Shown here piece after piece: positions 18,656-28,345 of a stretch of 64,000 bases of DNA. A program made the position numbers and the translations under genes. A model generated the notes under the pieces. The model was given only the letters and a program-made list of their open reading frames with translations, searched no databases and was not told the DNA's origin. Every line of letters starts with the position of its first letter. Within the stretch, counting starts at the first letter, position 1. Source of the stretch: Methylophilaceae bacterium (lineage in GTDB: Bacteria; Pseudomonadota; Gammaproteobacteria; Burkholderiales; Methylophilaceae); NCBI GenBank assembly GCA_017857755.1, contig JAFMCM010000001.1, positions 25,121 through 89,120 of the forward strand, given 5' to 3'.

Positions 18656-19222
18656 TTAGGCCGCCTCAAAAGCCTCGCACAATTGACTCAACAACTGTCC
18701 AAACAAAGTCAACACCTCTTCTTTACGATGTGGGCTTTCGTCATCCGTTCCAGCAACGACAAAGCTAATGGTCAGTTTATCTAAATTTTCACGGAACTCA
18801 CTCCAATGTTCCACATCAGCATCACTGATTAATTTCACTTTATTCAAGCCTGAATTAATGATTTCAATCATTTGCTCATCTGGAATACCAGAAAACAGGG
18901 TTTTGGCAATCGTCACTTGGGCGGCATGATAATCTGGCTTTATATCCTCAGCCATTAATGGTGTGGTTAGAAAAGCAAATGTGAGCAAGCCATAGGCCTG
19001 ATACACACTTAACATATCAAAATCTTCAGCCAGCTCATCTTTAGGGTGACGTCCAGCCGCGCTAATGGCATTAAAAGTAATATAGCTTGCTAAATAATAG
19101 GCAGCATCTAAGACTTGATAATCGGCCAAGTCTGTACTTGGCTTTGCGCCATCAGCATGAGTCTCTGCCAAACAAATGCCGTGCAATAATGTTAAACGTT
19201 GTGAATATTTAAGCTCTTCCAT
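18656..19222 (-). CDS. Hypothetical acidic protein (188 aa), no family recognised
   Basis: A clean ORF 37 nt downstream of the ABC-F gene on the same strand, followed by the terminator. I recognise no motif. Confidence 0.5.
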   Translation of the reverse strand: MEELKYSQRLTLLHGICLAETHADGAKPSTDLADYQVLDAAYYLASYITFNAISAAGRHPKDELAEDFDMLSVYQAYGLLTFAFLTTPLMAEDIKPDYHAAQVTIAKTLFSGIPDEQMIEIINSGLNKVKLISDADVEHWSEFRENLDKLTISFVVAGTDDESPHRKEEVLTLFGQLLSQLCEAFEAA

Positions 19223-19259
19223 CAGTTCGCTTTCTATCGAAATTGTATAGTGATATGGG

Positions 19260-21197
19260 TTAGCCAGTTATTTCTGGCAGTTTTTCTAATTGTTCCTGCA
19301 CAAGCAACCAGCGCTCTTCTGCTTGTTCAATATTTAACATTAACGCAGATTGTTGTTTTAACAAAGTTTGCAGTTCCGTTTTGTCATTGTTCTCATATAA
19401 ATCAGTATCATTTAATCGTGCATCACAACTGGCTTTTTCATTTTGCCAGGTAGTAATATCACGTTCCAACTTATCAGACTCTTTAATTAGCGGCCTGCGT
19501 GCAGTGATTCTAGCTTGTCGATCAAGCTTACTCTGCGCATAGCTATTTTTCTTTTCTGGCGTTGCATTTTCAGCGACAGCTTCAGCTTTTTCTTGAAGAC
19601 GTTGTGCGCTTACCCACGCGGAATAATCATCTAAATCACCATCAAACAAACTTGCTTGACCATTTGCGACCAATAAAAACTGGTCGCAAGTCGTGCGTAA
19701 CAATGCACGATCGTGCGAAATCAACACAACACCACCTTCGAACTCTTGAAGTGCTAGGGTCAATGCATGGCGCATTTCTAAATCAAGATGGTTGGTTGGC
19801 TCATCTAGCAACAACAAACTTGGCTTGGTCCAAATCAATAGTGCTAATGCCAATCGTGACTTTTCACCACCTGAAAACCTCTCACAAGCCGTTCTTGCCA
19901 TGTCTCCACGAAAATCAAACCCACCTAAATAATTTAACAAGGCTTGCTCTGTCGCTTCTTTATCTTGGCGCTGCATATGCTGTAATGGTGACTCTTCGGC
20001 GTGCAGTTGTTCTAATTGATGTTGTGCAAAATAACCAATGTTCAGATCTTTACCGAGCGTACGTTTACCTTTATCACTGGATAACTCACCAGCTAATAAT
20101 TTAATCAATGTCGATTTACCCGCACCGTTTGGACCTAACAAACCGATGCGCTCTTTAGGGCGAACGGTCAAAGAAATATTTTTTAGAATCGGTTTATTCG
20201 CATACCCAACATCCATATCGCTAATCGCCATTAATGGCTCTGGCGCACTGGAAGGCGTTCTAAAACTAAAGTTAAATTGTGAATCCACATGGGCTGCGCT
20301 AATCATTTCCATCCGCTCTAAAGCTTTGATGCGGCTTTGGGCTTGCTTGGCTTTGGTGGCTTGTGCTTTAAAACGATCAATATAACTATGTAAATGTGCT
20401 ACCTTGCGTTGTTGTTTCTCATGCATGGCTTGTTGCAAGGCCATTTTCTCTGAACGTTGTCGTTCAAAATCACTATAGCCACCGTTATATAAAGTTAAAC
20501 TTTGGTGTTCAATATGTACAATGTGATTCACAATCGCGTCTAAGAAATCTCGATCATGCGAAATCAATAATAAAGTACCACCATAGCTTTTCAACCAATT
20601 CTCAAGCCAAATCACGGCTTCTAAATCTAAATGATTCGTTGGCTCATCTAACAGCAACAAATCAGAGCGGCACATCAATGCACGCGCCAAATTCAAGCGC
20701 ACACGCCAACCGCCTGAGAATGATGACACTGCGCTTTGCAAATCCGTTTGACTAAAGCCTAACCCATTCAATAGCCCCGCAGCGCGTGCTTTTGCTGCAT
20801 AACCTTCGATCTCAGATAAACGCCCATGCAGCAAGGCAATGCGCTCCCCCTCGCCATCAGGATTGGCCTCCGCCTCAGCTAAGGCTTGCTCAATTTGACT
20901 CAGCTCTTCATCGCCCTCCAATACAAACTGTAAGGCCGAGGTGCTCAGTGCAGGCGTTTCTTGCGCTACATGCCCAATCACCCAGCCAGCAGGAATTTCA
21001 AGGTCACCTTTATCAGCTTCTAGTTCACCACGTAGCATCGCAAACAAGCTTGACTTGCCAGCACCATTCGCCCCTGTCAGTCCGACCTTATGTCCAGGGT
21101 GTAATTGTAGAGAAGCATGTTCAATCAGCACTTTAATGCCACGTGCAATGGTTATATTTTTAAACTGAATCAAAACGTTAATGGCGACCGAATGCAA
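19260..21197 (-). CDS. ABC-F family ATPase (YheS/Uup-like, no transmembrane domain)
   Basis: Two Walker A motifs (GANGAGKSS, GPNGAGKST), two ABC signatures (FSGGWRVRLNLAR, FSGGEKSRLALA) and a C-terminal coiled-coil tail. There is no in-frame ATG upstream of the first Walker A, so the start must be a TTG, at 21197 or more likely 21173 (giving M-IQFKNITI). Confidence 0.9.
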   Translation of the reverse strand: MHSVAINVLIQFKNITIARGIKVLIEHASLQLHPGHKVGLTGANGAGKSSLFAMLRGELEADKGDLEIPAGWVIGHVAQETPALSTSALQFVLEGDEELSQIEQALAEAEANPDGEGERIALLHGRLSEIEGYAAKARAAGLLNGLGFSQTDLQSAVSSFSGGWRVRLNLARALMCRSDLLLLDEPTNHLDLEAVIWLENWLKSYGGTLLLISHDRDFLDAIVNHIVHIEHQSLTLYNGGYSDFERQRSEKMALQQAMHEKQQRKVAHLHSYIDRFKAQATKAKQAQSRIKALERMEMISAAHVDSQFNFSFRTPSSAPEPLMAISDMDVGYANKPILKNISLTVRPKERIGLLGPNGAGKSTLIKLLAGELSSDKGKRTLGKDLNIGYFAQHQLEQLHAEESPLQHMQRQDKEATEQALLNYLGGFDFRGDMARTACERFSGGEKSRLALALLIWTKPSLLLLDEPTNHLDLEMRHALTLALQEFEGGVVLISHDRALLRTTCDQFLLVANGQASLFDGDLDDYSAWVSAQRLQEKAEAVAENATPEKKNSYAQSKLDRQARITARRPLIKESDKLERDITTWQNEKASCDARLNDTDLYENNDKTELQTLLKQQSALMLNIEQAEERWLLVQEQLEKLPEITG

Positions 21198-21402
21198 TAG
21201 AAGCCGTTATTCTAAAGCAATACAACGCTTTATTTATAAAGTGTTTAACTAAAACAGCTTAGCAAGTAAAAATTAAATCGATAATAGCGGTTAAAGTGTG
21301 TACGAATTGATAAAATGTTGATCATATTTGGAGTAGAATTAAACTTGTTCGCAATCGATATAAAGAGAATCTCCGTTAGATGACTGCCATTAAGTTAAAT
21401 CC

Positions 21403-24400
21403 ATGCTGATAGTGAAAAAAACATTCCGCTGGGCACTTATCGTTTTATTGTCCATCTTTGCGCTGATGGTCATCGCCGCCGCCATTATCCGTTTTTCGAT
21501 CTTTCCTAATATTAATCAATACAAGGATACTATAGCGACAACCATCTCTCAAAAAATTGGCCTCAAAACAACAGTTGGTCATATTGTGACTGGCTGGGAT
21601 GGCCTATCTCCCAAGGTATTAATTCGTGCAATTGATATCTATGATAAAGACAATCAACCTGCCTTACACCTCAAAAATGTGAACGGAACCATCTCATGGC
21701 TTAGCATTCCATTATTGCATCCAACTTTATCGCAACTTTCAGTCAATGATCCAAAATTAACAATCCATCGCAATACAAATGGCAGTCTTTTTATCGCTGG
21801 CATTCCGATGACAGGAGAAGGAGAGCCAGTATTTGCTAACTGGTTATTAAGTCAAGCGCATATCAAGATTAATAATGCCGCAATCGTTTGGCAAGATGAT
21901 TCAAGAAAAGCACCACCATTATCACTAAACCAGGTTGATATCAGGCTGGACAATCCTGCATGGCGTAAAATCTTTGGTCAGCATTTATTTAACATAAAAG
22001 CCACACCTTCCACTGGTACAAAATATCCGATTGTGCTGAGTGGGCACTTTTTCGGACGCGATGTTAGCGCAATCAATACATGGCACGGTGTAGCAAACTT
22101 AGACACCAAAGAGGTTGATTTAACCGCATGGAAAGCTTGGCTGGACTATCCTATTGATTTACAAAGCGGCGCGGGCAAAGCCAAGATCAGCCTTTCTTTT
22201 GATAGAGGCAACATACTGAAACTGCAAGCAGATGTTCGCCTCAATCACCTTTCAGTGCTCCGAAAGCAAGCAGACCAACCTTTAAATGCAAAGTTACTCT
22301 CTGGTTTATTGACGTGGGAACAAACACCGAAAACAAGCACCATCAGGGGTGTCAATATTCAACTCGATGCTGACGATGATTTTCATATCAGAAATGGTTC
22401 TGGATTCTTTTCTCGTTCAATCAAAAACAATCATCCCTGGGTGAAAGCGGATTTAGAACTAGATAGTTTTGACTTAAATTATTTGAATAAACTACAAGGG
22501 CTAGTGGCATTACCGCCCAAGGTGAATGAAGCGTTAAACGCCCTCAATCCAAAAGGCAAACTGAACAATCTAAGTATCAGCTTACAAGGCAACCCCAATC
22601 AACCAAATCGCTATGCTATTGAAAGTACATTTCAATCACTCAGTATCGCCCCCTATCAAAACATGCCTGGTTTTAGCAACATCAGTGGGGAAATAAAAGC
22701 AAACGAAGATAGCGGCACTGTCATTTTAGCCACCAGTGGTGCAAGCGTAGATTTAAAAGACACTCTCCGCTGGCCAGTTCCGTTAGACACGCTCAAAGGC
22801 AAAGTTTCATGGACTAAAAATAAAGAAAAAATCAAGATTACTGCCAATCATATAACGATTGCCAACCCACATATTAAAGGAGAACTCAACGGGCACTATG
22901 ACCTTAACGGAATTAAAGGTGGCTATCTCGACTTGACTGGTCAATTTGAGGACGGAGATGCAAAATTTGCACCCTTCTATTACCCAGCCGTCATGGGTGA
23001 AGAAACCATTCGCTGGCTTGATAGCGCTATTGTCTCTGGCAAAGCCAATAATATAAAAATAATGATTAAAGGCAGTTTAGGTGATTTCCCGTTCATCGAT
23101 GAAAATAACCAACCTGACAGTGCTCTTGGATTCTTTAAAGTCACAGCCAGAATCAGTGATGCGATTCTCGTTTACGACAATGATTGGCCAAAAATTGAAG
23201 GTTTAGGGCTCAATCTATCATTTGTAGGTAACAGCATGGAACTAAATGCTGACGCAGGCAAAATATATGACATCAACATCACGCAAGGCAAAGCGATTAT
23301 TCCTCAACTCTATACCAATGGCGCGATAGGACAAGTGTTAAATATTGACGGGACAGGAGAAGGCCCAATCAGTTCAGGCATACAGTTCATCAACAACAGC
23401 CCAGTAAAAGATGTGGCGCTTGGCTTTACAGATGATTTGAAAACAGCGGGCAATGGTAAGCTTAAATTAAAATTAAGTCTTCCTTTAAATAAAGTAAATA
23501 ACTCCGAATACAGTGGTGAATATTCGCTACGCAATGGCGCCATCTATGCAAATCAAAGGCTAGGTCTACCTGAAATAAGCAATATCAATGGAAACTTAAG
23601 TTTTGATGCGTCAGGCATCTATGCCCCTAAAATCAGTGGCAATACCCTAGGCGGTCCAGTCCAACTATCCCTAAAAACAACAGAAAGTAAGGCTATCACC
23701 ATCAATGCAAGCGGAACAGCTTCTGGAAAAGGCGTGCAACAATTCATCACTAACCCGTTGACGATAGCCCTAAGTGGCAATACAAATTGGTCTGCTGGTA
23801 TTTCGATTAAAAAAACATTGATGAATATGGATATTCGGTCTAATTTGCAAGGTCTGGCTATTCAATTACCTGCACCGTTTGGAAAACGCAGTGAAGAAAA
23901 AGCCTATTTGAGATTTGAAAAGAAACAATCTCAAGCCAATCAAGATGTCATTAAAATGGCGTATAAAGAAGTCGCATCAGCCATATTTCTGCGAAATGAA
24001 CAAGATAATACGTTCACCATCGATCGTGGCGATATTGGCATCAACATCCCAGCTGAAATGCCATCCTCCTCGGGATTGTCTTTACATGGCAAATTGGACT
24101 ATGTTAATGCTGACCAATGGTTGGCATTAACGAAACAATCGCAAAGTAAAAATAAAAGTGCAAGCCTTAACGTTAATAGTGCTGATATTACGATTAAAGC
24201 TTTAGATTTTATGAATCGACGTTTAAACGACCTAATCATAACGTCAAAACCTAGCAATCAACATTTAGGTATGCATCTGAGTAGCCAAGAAATTGAGGGT
24301 GATCTTGAATGGATAAGCCCATCTAAAACAGAAGTAACTGGCGAAATAATCGCAAAACTAACGAAACTACATCTGCCTGATGGGTATGATAAGCACAGTA

Positions 24401-25284
24401 GCCAACCTGCTGATGAACAGATCGTACAATTAGATCAAGAATACCCTGCTTTAAATATTCAAGTAGCTGATTTTAAATTAGGCGAAAAAAACCTTGGTGC
24501 TCTTGAGGTACATGCGCACGAAATTAAAAACGACTGGGTAATTGACCAACTGAAGATTAGCAATCCAGATAGCATTTTATTAGCTGAAGGTCGTTGGCAT
24601 AACTGGACAAGAAGTCCGAACACTAATCTGACTTTTTCTTTGTCTGCCAATGACGTGGGCAACACCCTAAAACGGTTTGGCCAAGCAGATATCGTAAAAG
24701 GCGGTATATCATCCATTTCTGGCCAGCTAAATTGGCCTGGCAGTCCACATCAATTCAAGACTAAAGGCCTGAATGGCAACTTTAGGCTGGGTGCTGCTAA
24801 AGGCCAAATCATTAAAGTCAAACCAGGCGTGGGCCGACTATTCGGATTACTCACCTTGCAAAGTCTTCCAAGACGCTTAACTTTGGACTTTAGAGATTTA
24901 TTTAGCGAAGGGTTTGCGTTCGATGAGATTAGTGGCAGCGCTAAAATCACCAATGGCGTAATGCATAGTGACGATTTTTTCATGACTGGTCCAGCAGCTG
25001 AGACTAAAATTCATGGTGATATTGATTTAAACAAGGAAACACAACAATTAAACATTAAAGTGACGCCCCATATTAGCGATAGCTTATCGTTAGCTGCACT
25101 TGCAGGCGGACCAATCGTCGGCGCTGCTGCTTTTATTGCACAAAAACTTTTAAAAGACCCGCTAAACAAAATCGCCCAAAGCGAATATACTATAACGGGC
25201 ACATGGGATAACCCCGTGGAAGAAGACACCGTCAAACAACAACAAGACAAGCAAACCTCAAGTTCACCTTTAAACGCGCAATAA
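21403..25284 (+). CDS. yhdP: YhdP-family (AsmA-like) giant envelope protein
   Basis: 1293 aa with a single N-terminal TM helix (WALIVLLSIFALMVIAAAII) and a long beta-rich periplasmic body. It sits in the conserved position upstream of the C-N hydrolase and tldD. Confidence 0.8.
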   Translation: MLIVKKTFRWALIVLLSIFALMVIAAAIIRFSIFPNINQYKDTIATTISQKIGLKTTVGHIVTGWDGLSPKVLIRAIDIYDKDNQPALHLKNVNGTISWLSIPLLHPTLSQLSVNDPKLTIHRNTNGSLFIAGIPMTGEGEPVFANWLLSQAHIKINNAAIVWQDDSRKAPPLSLNQVDIRLDNPAWRKIFGQHLFNIKATPSTGTKYPIVLSGHFFGRDVSAINTWHGVANLDTKEVDLTAWKAWLDYPIDLQSGAGKAKISLSFDRGNILKLQADVRLNHLSVLRKQADQPLNAKLLSGLLTWEQTPKTSTIRGVNIQLDADDDFHIRNGSGFFSRSIKNNHPWVKADLELDSFDLNYLNKLQGLVALPPKVNEALNALNPKGKLNNLSISLQGNPNQPNRYAIESTFQSLSIAPYQNMPGFSNISGEIKANEDSGTVILATSGASVDLKDTLRWPVPLDTLKGKVSWTKNKEKIKITANHITIANPHIKGELNGHYDLNGIKGGYLDLTGQFEDGDAKFAPFYYPAVMGEETIRWLDSAIVSGKANNIKIMIKGSLGDFPFIDENNQPDSALGFFKVTARISDAILVYDNDWPKIEGLGLNLSFVGNSMELNADAGKIYDINITQGKAIIPQLYTNGAIGQVLNIDGTGEGPISSGIQFINNSPVKDVALGFTDDLKTAGNGKLKLKLSLPLNKVNNSEYSGEYSLRNGAIYANQRLGLPEISNINGNLSFDASGIYAPKISGNTLGGPVQLSLKTTESKAITINASGTASGKGVQQFITNPLTIALSGNTNWSAGISIKKTLMNMDIRSNLQGLAIQLPAPFGKRSEEKAYLRFEKKQSQANQDVIKMAYKEVASAIFLRNEQDNTFTIDRGDIGINIPAEMPSSSGLSLHGKLDYVNADQWLALTKQSQSKNKSASLNVNSADITIKALDFMNRRLNDLIITSKPSNQHLGMHLSSQEIEGDLEWISPSKTEVTGEIIAKLTKLHLPDGYDKHSSQPADEQIVQLDQEYPALNIQVADFKLGEKNLGALEVHAHEIKNDWVIDQLKISNPDSILLAEGRWHNWTRSPNTNLTFSLSANDVGNTLKRFGQADIVKGGISSISGQLNWPGSPHQFKTKGLNGNFRLGAAKGQIIKVKPGVGRLFGLLTLQSLPRRLTLDFRDLFSEGFAFDEISGSAKITNGVMHSDDFFMTGPAAETKIHGDIDLNKETQQLNIKVTPHISDSLSLAALAGGPIVGAAAFIAQKLLKDPLNKIAQSEYTITGTWDNPVEEDTVKQQQDKQTSSSPLNAQ

Positions 25285-25305
25285 GCATCCAATAAACAGG
25301 TAAAT

Positions 25306-26148
25306 ATGACACCAAAGAAATCGACGAAACAGGCCAGTAACATCATTAAGGTTGCAGGTATCCAAATGGCTTCCAGTCCTAGCATTTCTGCTAACTTAAT
25401 TGAAGCAGAGCGCCTCATCCACCTAGCGGCAGATGAAGGTGCACAAATTATCGTCTTACCTGAATATTTTTGCCTAATGGGTAAACATGAAACAGACAAA
25501 GTGAAGGCCAGAGAAGAAGAAGGAAGTGGCCCTGTACAACGCTTTTTATCTAAAATGGCAAAAAAACATAAAATTATACTCATCGGAGGCACTGTACCCT
25601 TGGTGAGTAGTTCGCCAAACAAAGTACGCAACAGCTGTTTAGTTTACGATGAAAAAGGTAAACAAATTGCACGCTATGACAAAATCCATTTATTTGGTTT
25701 AGATTTGGGCGCAGAGCACTATCACGAAGAAAACACCATCGAACCTGGCAATCAAGTCGTCGTGGTTGAAACCCCATACGGTAAAATTGGCTTATCGACC
25801 TGCTACGACTTGCGCTTTCCAGAGTTATATCGTGCCATGGGTGAAGTTGACATTATTGTAGTACCATCAGCGTTTACAGAGACAACAGGTAAAGCGCACT
25901 GGGAAACCTTGGTGCGAGCGCGAGCAATCGAGAATCTGTGTTACGTAATCGCGCCAGCGCAAGGCGGCTATCATCGCTCTGGCAGAGAAACACATGGCAA
26001 TAGCATGATTGTTGACCCATGGGGCGTTATCTTAGACCGCTTACCTCGCGGCTCTGGCATTGTCACAGCAGGTGTGAACACCCATTACGAAGACAGCTTA
26101 CGCAAAAGCTTACCCGCTCTCAAACATAAAACCATTAAAGCCATCTAA
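25306..26148 (+). CDS. Carbon-nitrogen hydrolase (nitrilase superfamily)
   Basis: Glu-Lys-Cys triad contexts VLPEYF, DKIHLF and LSTCYDLRFPE. Confidence 0.85.
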   Translation: MTPKKSTKQASNIIKVAGIQMASSPSISANLIEAERLIHLAADEGAQIIVLPEYFCLMGKHETDKVKAREEEGSGPVQRFLSKMAKKHKIILIGGTVPLVSSSPNKVRNSCLVYDEKGKQIARYDKIHLFGLDLGAEHYHEENTIEPGNQVVVVETPYGKIGLSTCYDLRFPELYRAMGEVDIIVVPSAFTETTGKAHWETLVRARAIENLCYVIAPAQGGYHRSGRETHGNSMIVDPWGVILDRLPRGSGIVTAGVNTHYEDSLRKSLPALKHKTIKAI

Positions 26149-26152
26149 ACGC

Positions 26153-27595
26153 ATGCAAACAAACAACCATTTTGAAACAGCTCATGAAGCGCTTCTCAAA
26201 CCAGCAGGGCTTGATAACCAAGCCATTCAAAGCGTGCTGAGTAAAATCATGTCACATCAAGTTGATTATGCTGACTTGTACTTTCAGTATAACCGCAGCG
26301 AATCGTGGGGATTAGAAGAAGGCCAAGTTAAATCAGGTGCATTTTCGATTGACCAAGGCGTTGGTGTTCGTGCCATTAGTGGAGAAAAAACGGCTTTTGC
26401 CTACTCAGATGAAATCAACTTACCTGCATTACAAGAAGCAGCAAAAGCGACCAAAGCCATTGCTGCTATTGGCGCAGAACAAACGGCGAGCCATATTATT
26501 ACGCTTGAAGCAAAGTCACTTTACCTACCAAATGATCCAATTGCCTCGCTTTCTGCCGAAGCAAAAATTCAATTACTTGAACGCTTAGAGCAATTTGCAA
26601 AACAAAAAGACCCACGCGTCACTCAAGTCATGGCCTCTATTGGGGGTGAATATGAAGTAGTGATGGTCGCTCGTAGTGATGGCGTGATGGCTGCTGATGT
26701 GCGCCCGCTTGTACGGCTATCTATTCAAGTCATTGCAGAACAAAATGGACGACGAGAACAAGGCTCATCTGGCGGTGGTGGACGCTTTGATTATCGTTAT
26801 TTTACTGATGCTGTCTTACAAGAATATGCAGAAAAAGCTGTCCACCAAGCAATCGTTAATCTTGATGCACGCGCTGCACCTGCAGGTAATATGACAGTGG
26901 TACTCGGCTCAGGCTGGCCAGGGATCCTACTGCATGAAGCGATTGGCCATGGCTTAGAAGGTGATTTTAACCGTAAAGGTAGCTCCGCCTTTTCTGGCAT
27001 GATTGGTCAACAAGTAGCAGCTAAAGGCATTACCATTGTTGATGATGGCACGATAGCTGACAGACGTGGGTCACTAAGTATGGATGATGAAGGCAACTCA
27101 AGCCAAAATACAACATTAATCGAAGATGGCATTTTACGAGGCTACATTCAAGACACCTTAAATGCACGTTTAATGCAGCAAAGCACAACAGGCAATGGAC
27201 GCCGCGAAAGCTATGCGCATATCCCGATGCCTCGTATGACAAACACTTACATGTTAAATGGTGACAAAGCGCCAGAAGAAATTATTAAGTCTGTTAAAAA
27301 AGGCCTTTATGCCGCTAACTTTGGTGGTGGTCAAGTTGATATTACTAGTGGCAAATTTGTGTTTAGTGCGGCTGAGGCATATATGATTGAAGATGGTAAA
27401 ATCACCTACCCCGTTAAAGGTGCAACCCTTATTGGAAACGGGCCTGATGTCTTAACCCGTGTGAGCATGGTTGGTAATGATATGGCGCTAGACAGTGGCG
27501 TCGGCACTTGTGGTAAAGAAGGCCAAAGCGTTCCCGTTGGCGTGGGTCAACCAACCTTAAAAATTGATGGCTTGACCGTTGGTGGCACAGGTTAA
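26153..27595 (+). CDS. tldD: Metalloprotease TldD
   Basis: HEAIGHGLEGD zinc motif, 480 aa, and yhdP/tldD synteny. Confidence 0.9.
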   Translation: MQTNNHFETAHEALLKPAGLDNQAIQSVLSKIMSHQVDYADLYFQYNRSESWGLEEGQVKSGAFSIDQGVGVRAISGEKTAFAYSDEINLPALQEAAKATKAIAAIGAEQTASHIITLEAKSLYLPNDPIASLSAEAKIQLLERLEQFAKQKDPRVTQVMASIGGEYEVVMVARSDGVMAADVRPLVRLSIQVIAEQNGRREQGSSGGGGRFDYRYFTDAVLQEYAEKAVHQAIVNLDARAAPAGNMTVVLGSGWPGILLHEAIGHGLEGDFNRKGSSAFSGMIGQQVAAKGITIVDDGTIADRRGSLSMDDEGNSSQNTTLIEDGILRGYIQDTLNARLMQQSTTGNGRRESYAHIPMPRMTNTYMLNGDKAPEEIIKSVKKGLYAANFGGGQVDITSGKFVFSAAEAYMIEDGKITYPVKGATLIGNGPDVLTRVSMVGNDMALDSGVGTCGKEGQSVPVGVGQPTLKIDGLTVGGTG

Positions 27596-27691
27596 TCTGA
27601 TTAAATGGTGCGTTCAAAAACCTCATTATGCCATCTGGCACATACGGCTTGAAATCAAAAAAGACTCATCACATGTCTGTAAATACCAACT

Positions 27692-27722
27692 AAAAAAGGG
27701 TGCTAATTGCACCCTTTGTTTG
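27692..27722. terminator. Bidirectional terminator (AAAAAAGGGTGC-TAATT-GCACCCTTTGTTTG) between tldD and efp
   Basis: A GC-rich 6-bp core stem extended by A/T pairs, with an A-tract and a T-tract on either side. Confidence 0.7.
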
Positions 27723-27733
27723 TATTGACCTTA

Positions 27734-28294
27734 CTATTTCAATACCCGATTGCGATATTCGTTAGTACGAGTATCAATTTCAATTTTATCGCCTTGCGCA
27801 ACAAATAAGGGCACAGGCACTTCATGACCTGTTGCCAGTTTAGCCGCTTTCATGACTTTACCTGATGTATCACCTTTGACTGCTGGTTCAGTATAAGTCA
27901 CTTCACGCACCACCGTTGTTGGCATTTCAACTGAAATCGCTTTTCCTTCATAGAAACGCACATCACAAGGCATGCCATCTTCTAAAAATGGTAAAGCGTC
28001 TTCCATAAACTCAGGGTCAACATCGTATTGGTTGTATTCAGCATCCATAAAAACATAACTAGGGTCTGCAAAGTAAGAATAAGTGACTTCTTTTTTCTCT
28101 AGTACAACAATATCGAATTTATCGGTAGCATTGTAAACATTTTCACTTGGCGCTTCAGTCAATAGATTTTTAAACTTTGCTTTAACGACTGCACCACTAC
28201 GACCAGATTTATTATATTCTGATTTTACTAACACCAATGGCTGTCCATCGACCATTACAACATTACCAATACGAAGTTCTTGAGCTGTTTTCAT
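27734..28294 (-). CDS. efp: Elongation factor P (Arg32 type)
   Basis: 186 aa. The loop reads KSGRSGA with R at position 32, the EarP substrate type. Confidence 0.95.
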   Translation of the reverse strand: MKTAQELRIGNVVMVDGQPLVLVKSEYNKSGRSGAVVKAKFKNLLTEAPSENVYNATDKFDIVVLEKKEVTYSYFADPSYVFMDAEYNQYDVDPEFMEDALPFLEDGMPCDVRFYEGKAISVEMPTTVVREVTYTEPAVKGDTSGKVMKAAKLATGHEVPVPLFVAQGDKIEIDTRTNEYRNRVLK

Positions 28295-28345
28295 ATATTC
28301 AACACCAACTTTAATAAGGGATTATTTTAAAGCCAGCATTATACG

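Noticed and set aside
19562-21168. A series of long + strand ORFs (180, 115, 119, 116 and 75 aa) antisense to the ABC-F gene
   Set aside because: They are fully embedded in a gene with strong ABC-F motifs. Their translations are low-complexity (H/L/R/S-rich) with no motifs, Shine-Dalgarno sequences or sensible starts. They are typical shadow ORFs.
25011-25631. A 206-aa minus-strand ORF spanning the yhdP end and the C-N hydrolase start
   Set aside because: It is antisense to two well-supported genes. The translation is Cys/Ser/Leu-rich with no recognisable domain, so it is a likely shadow ORF.
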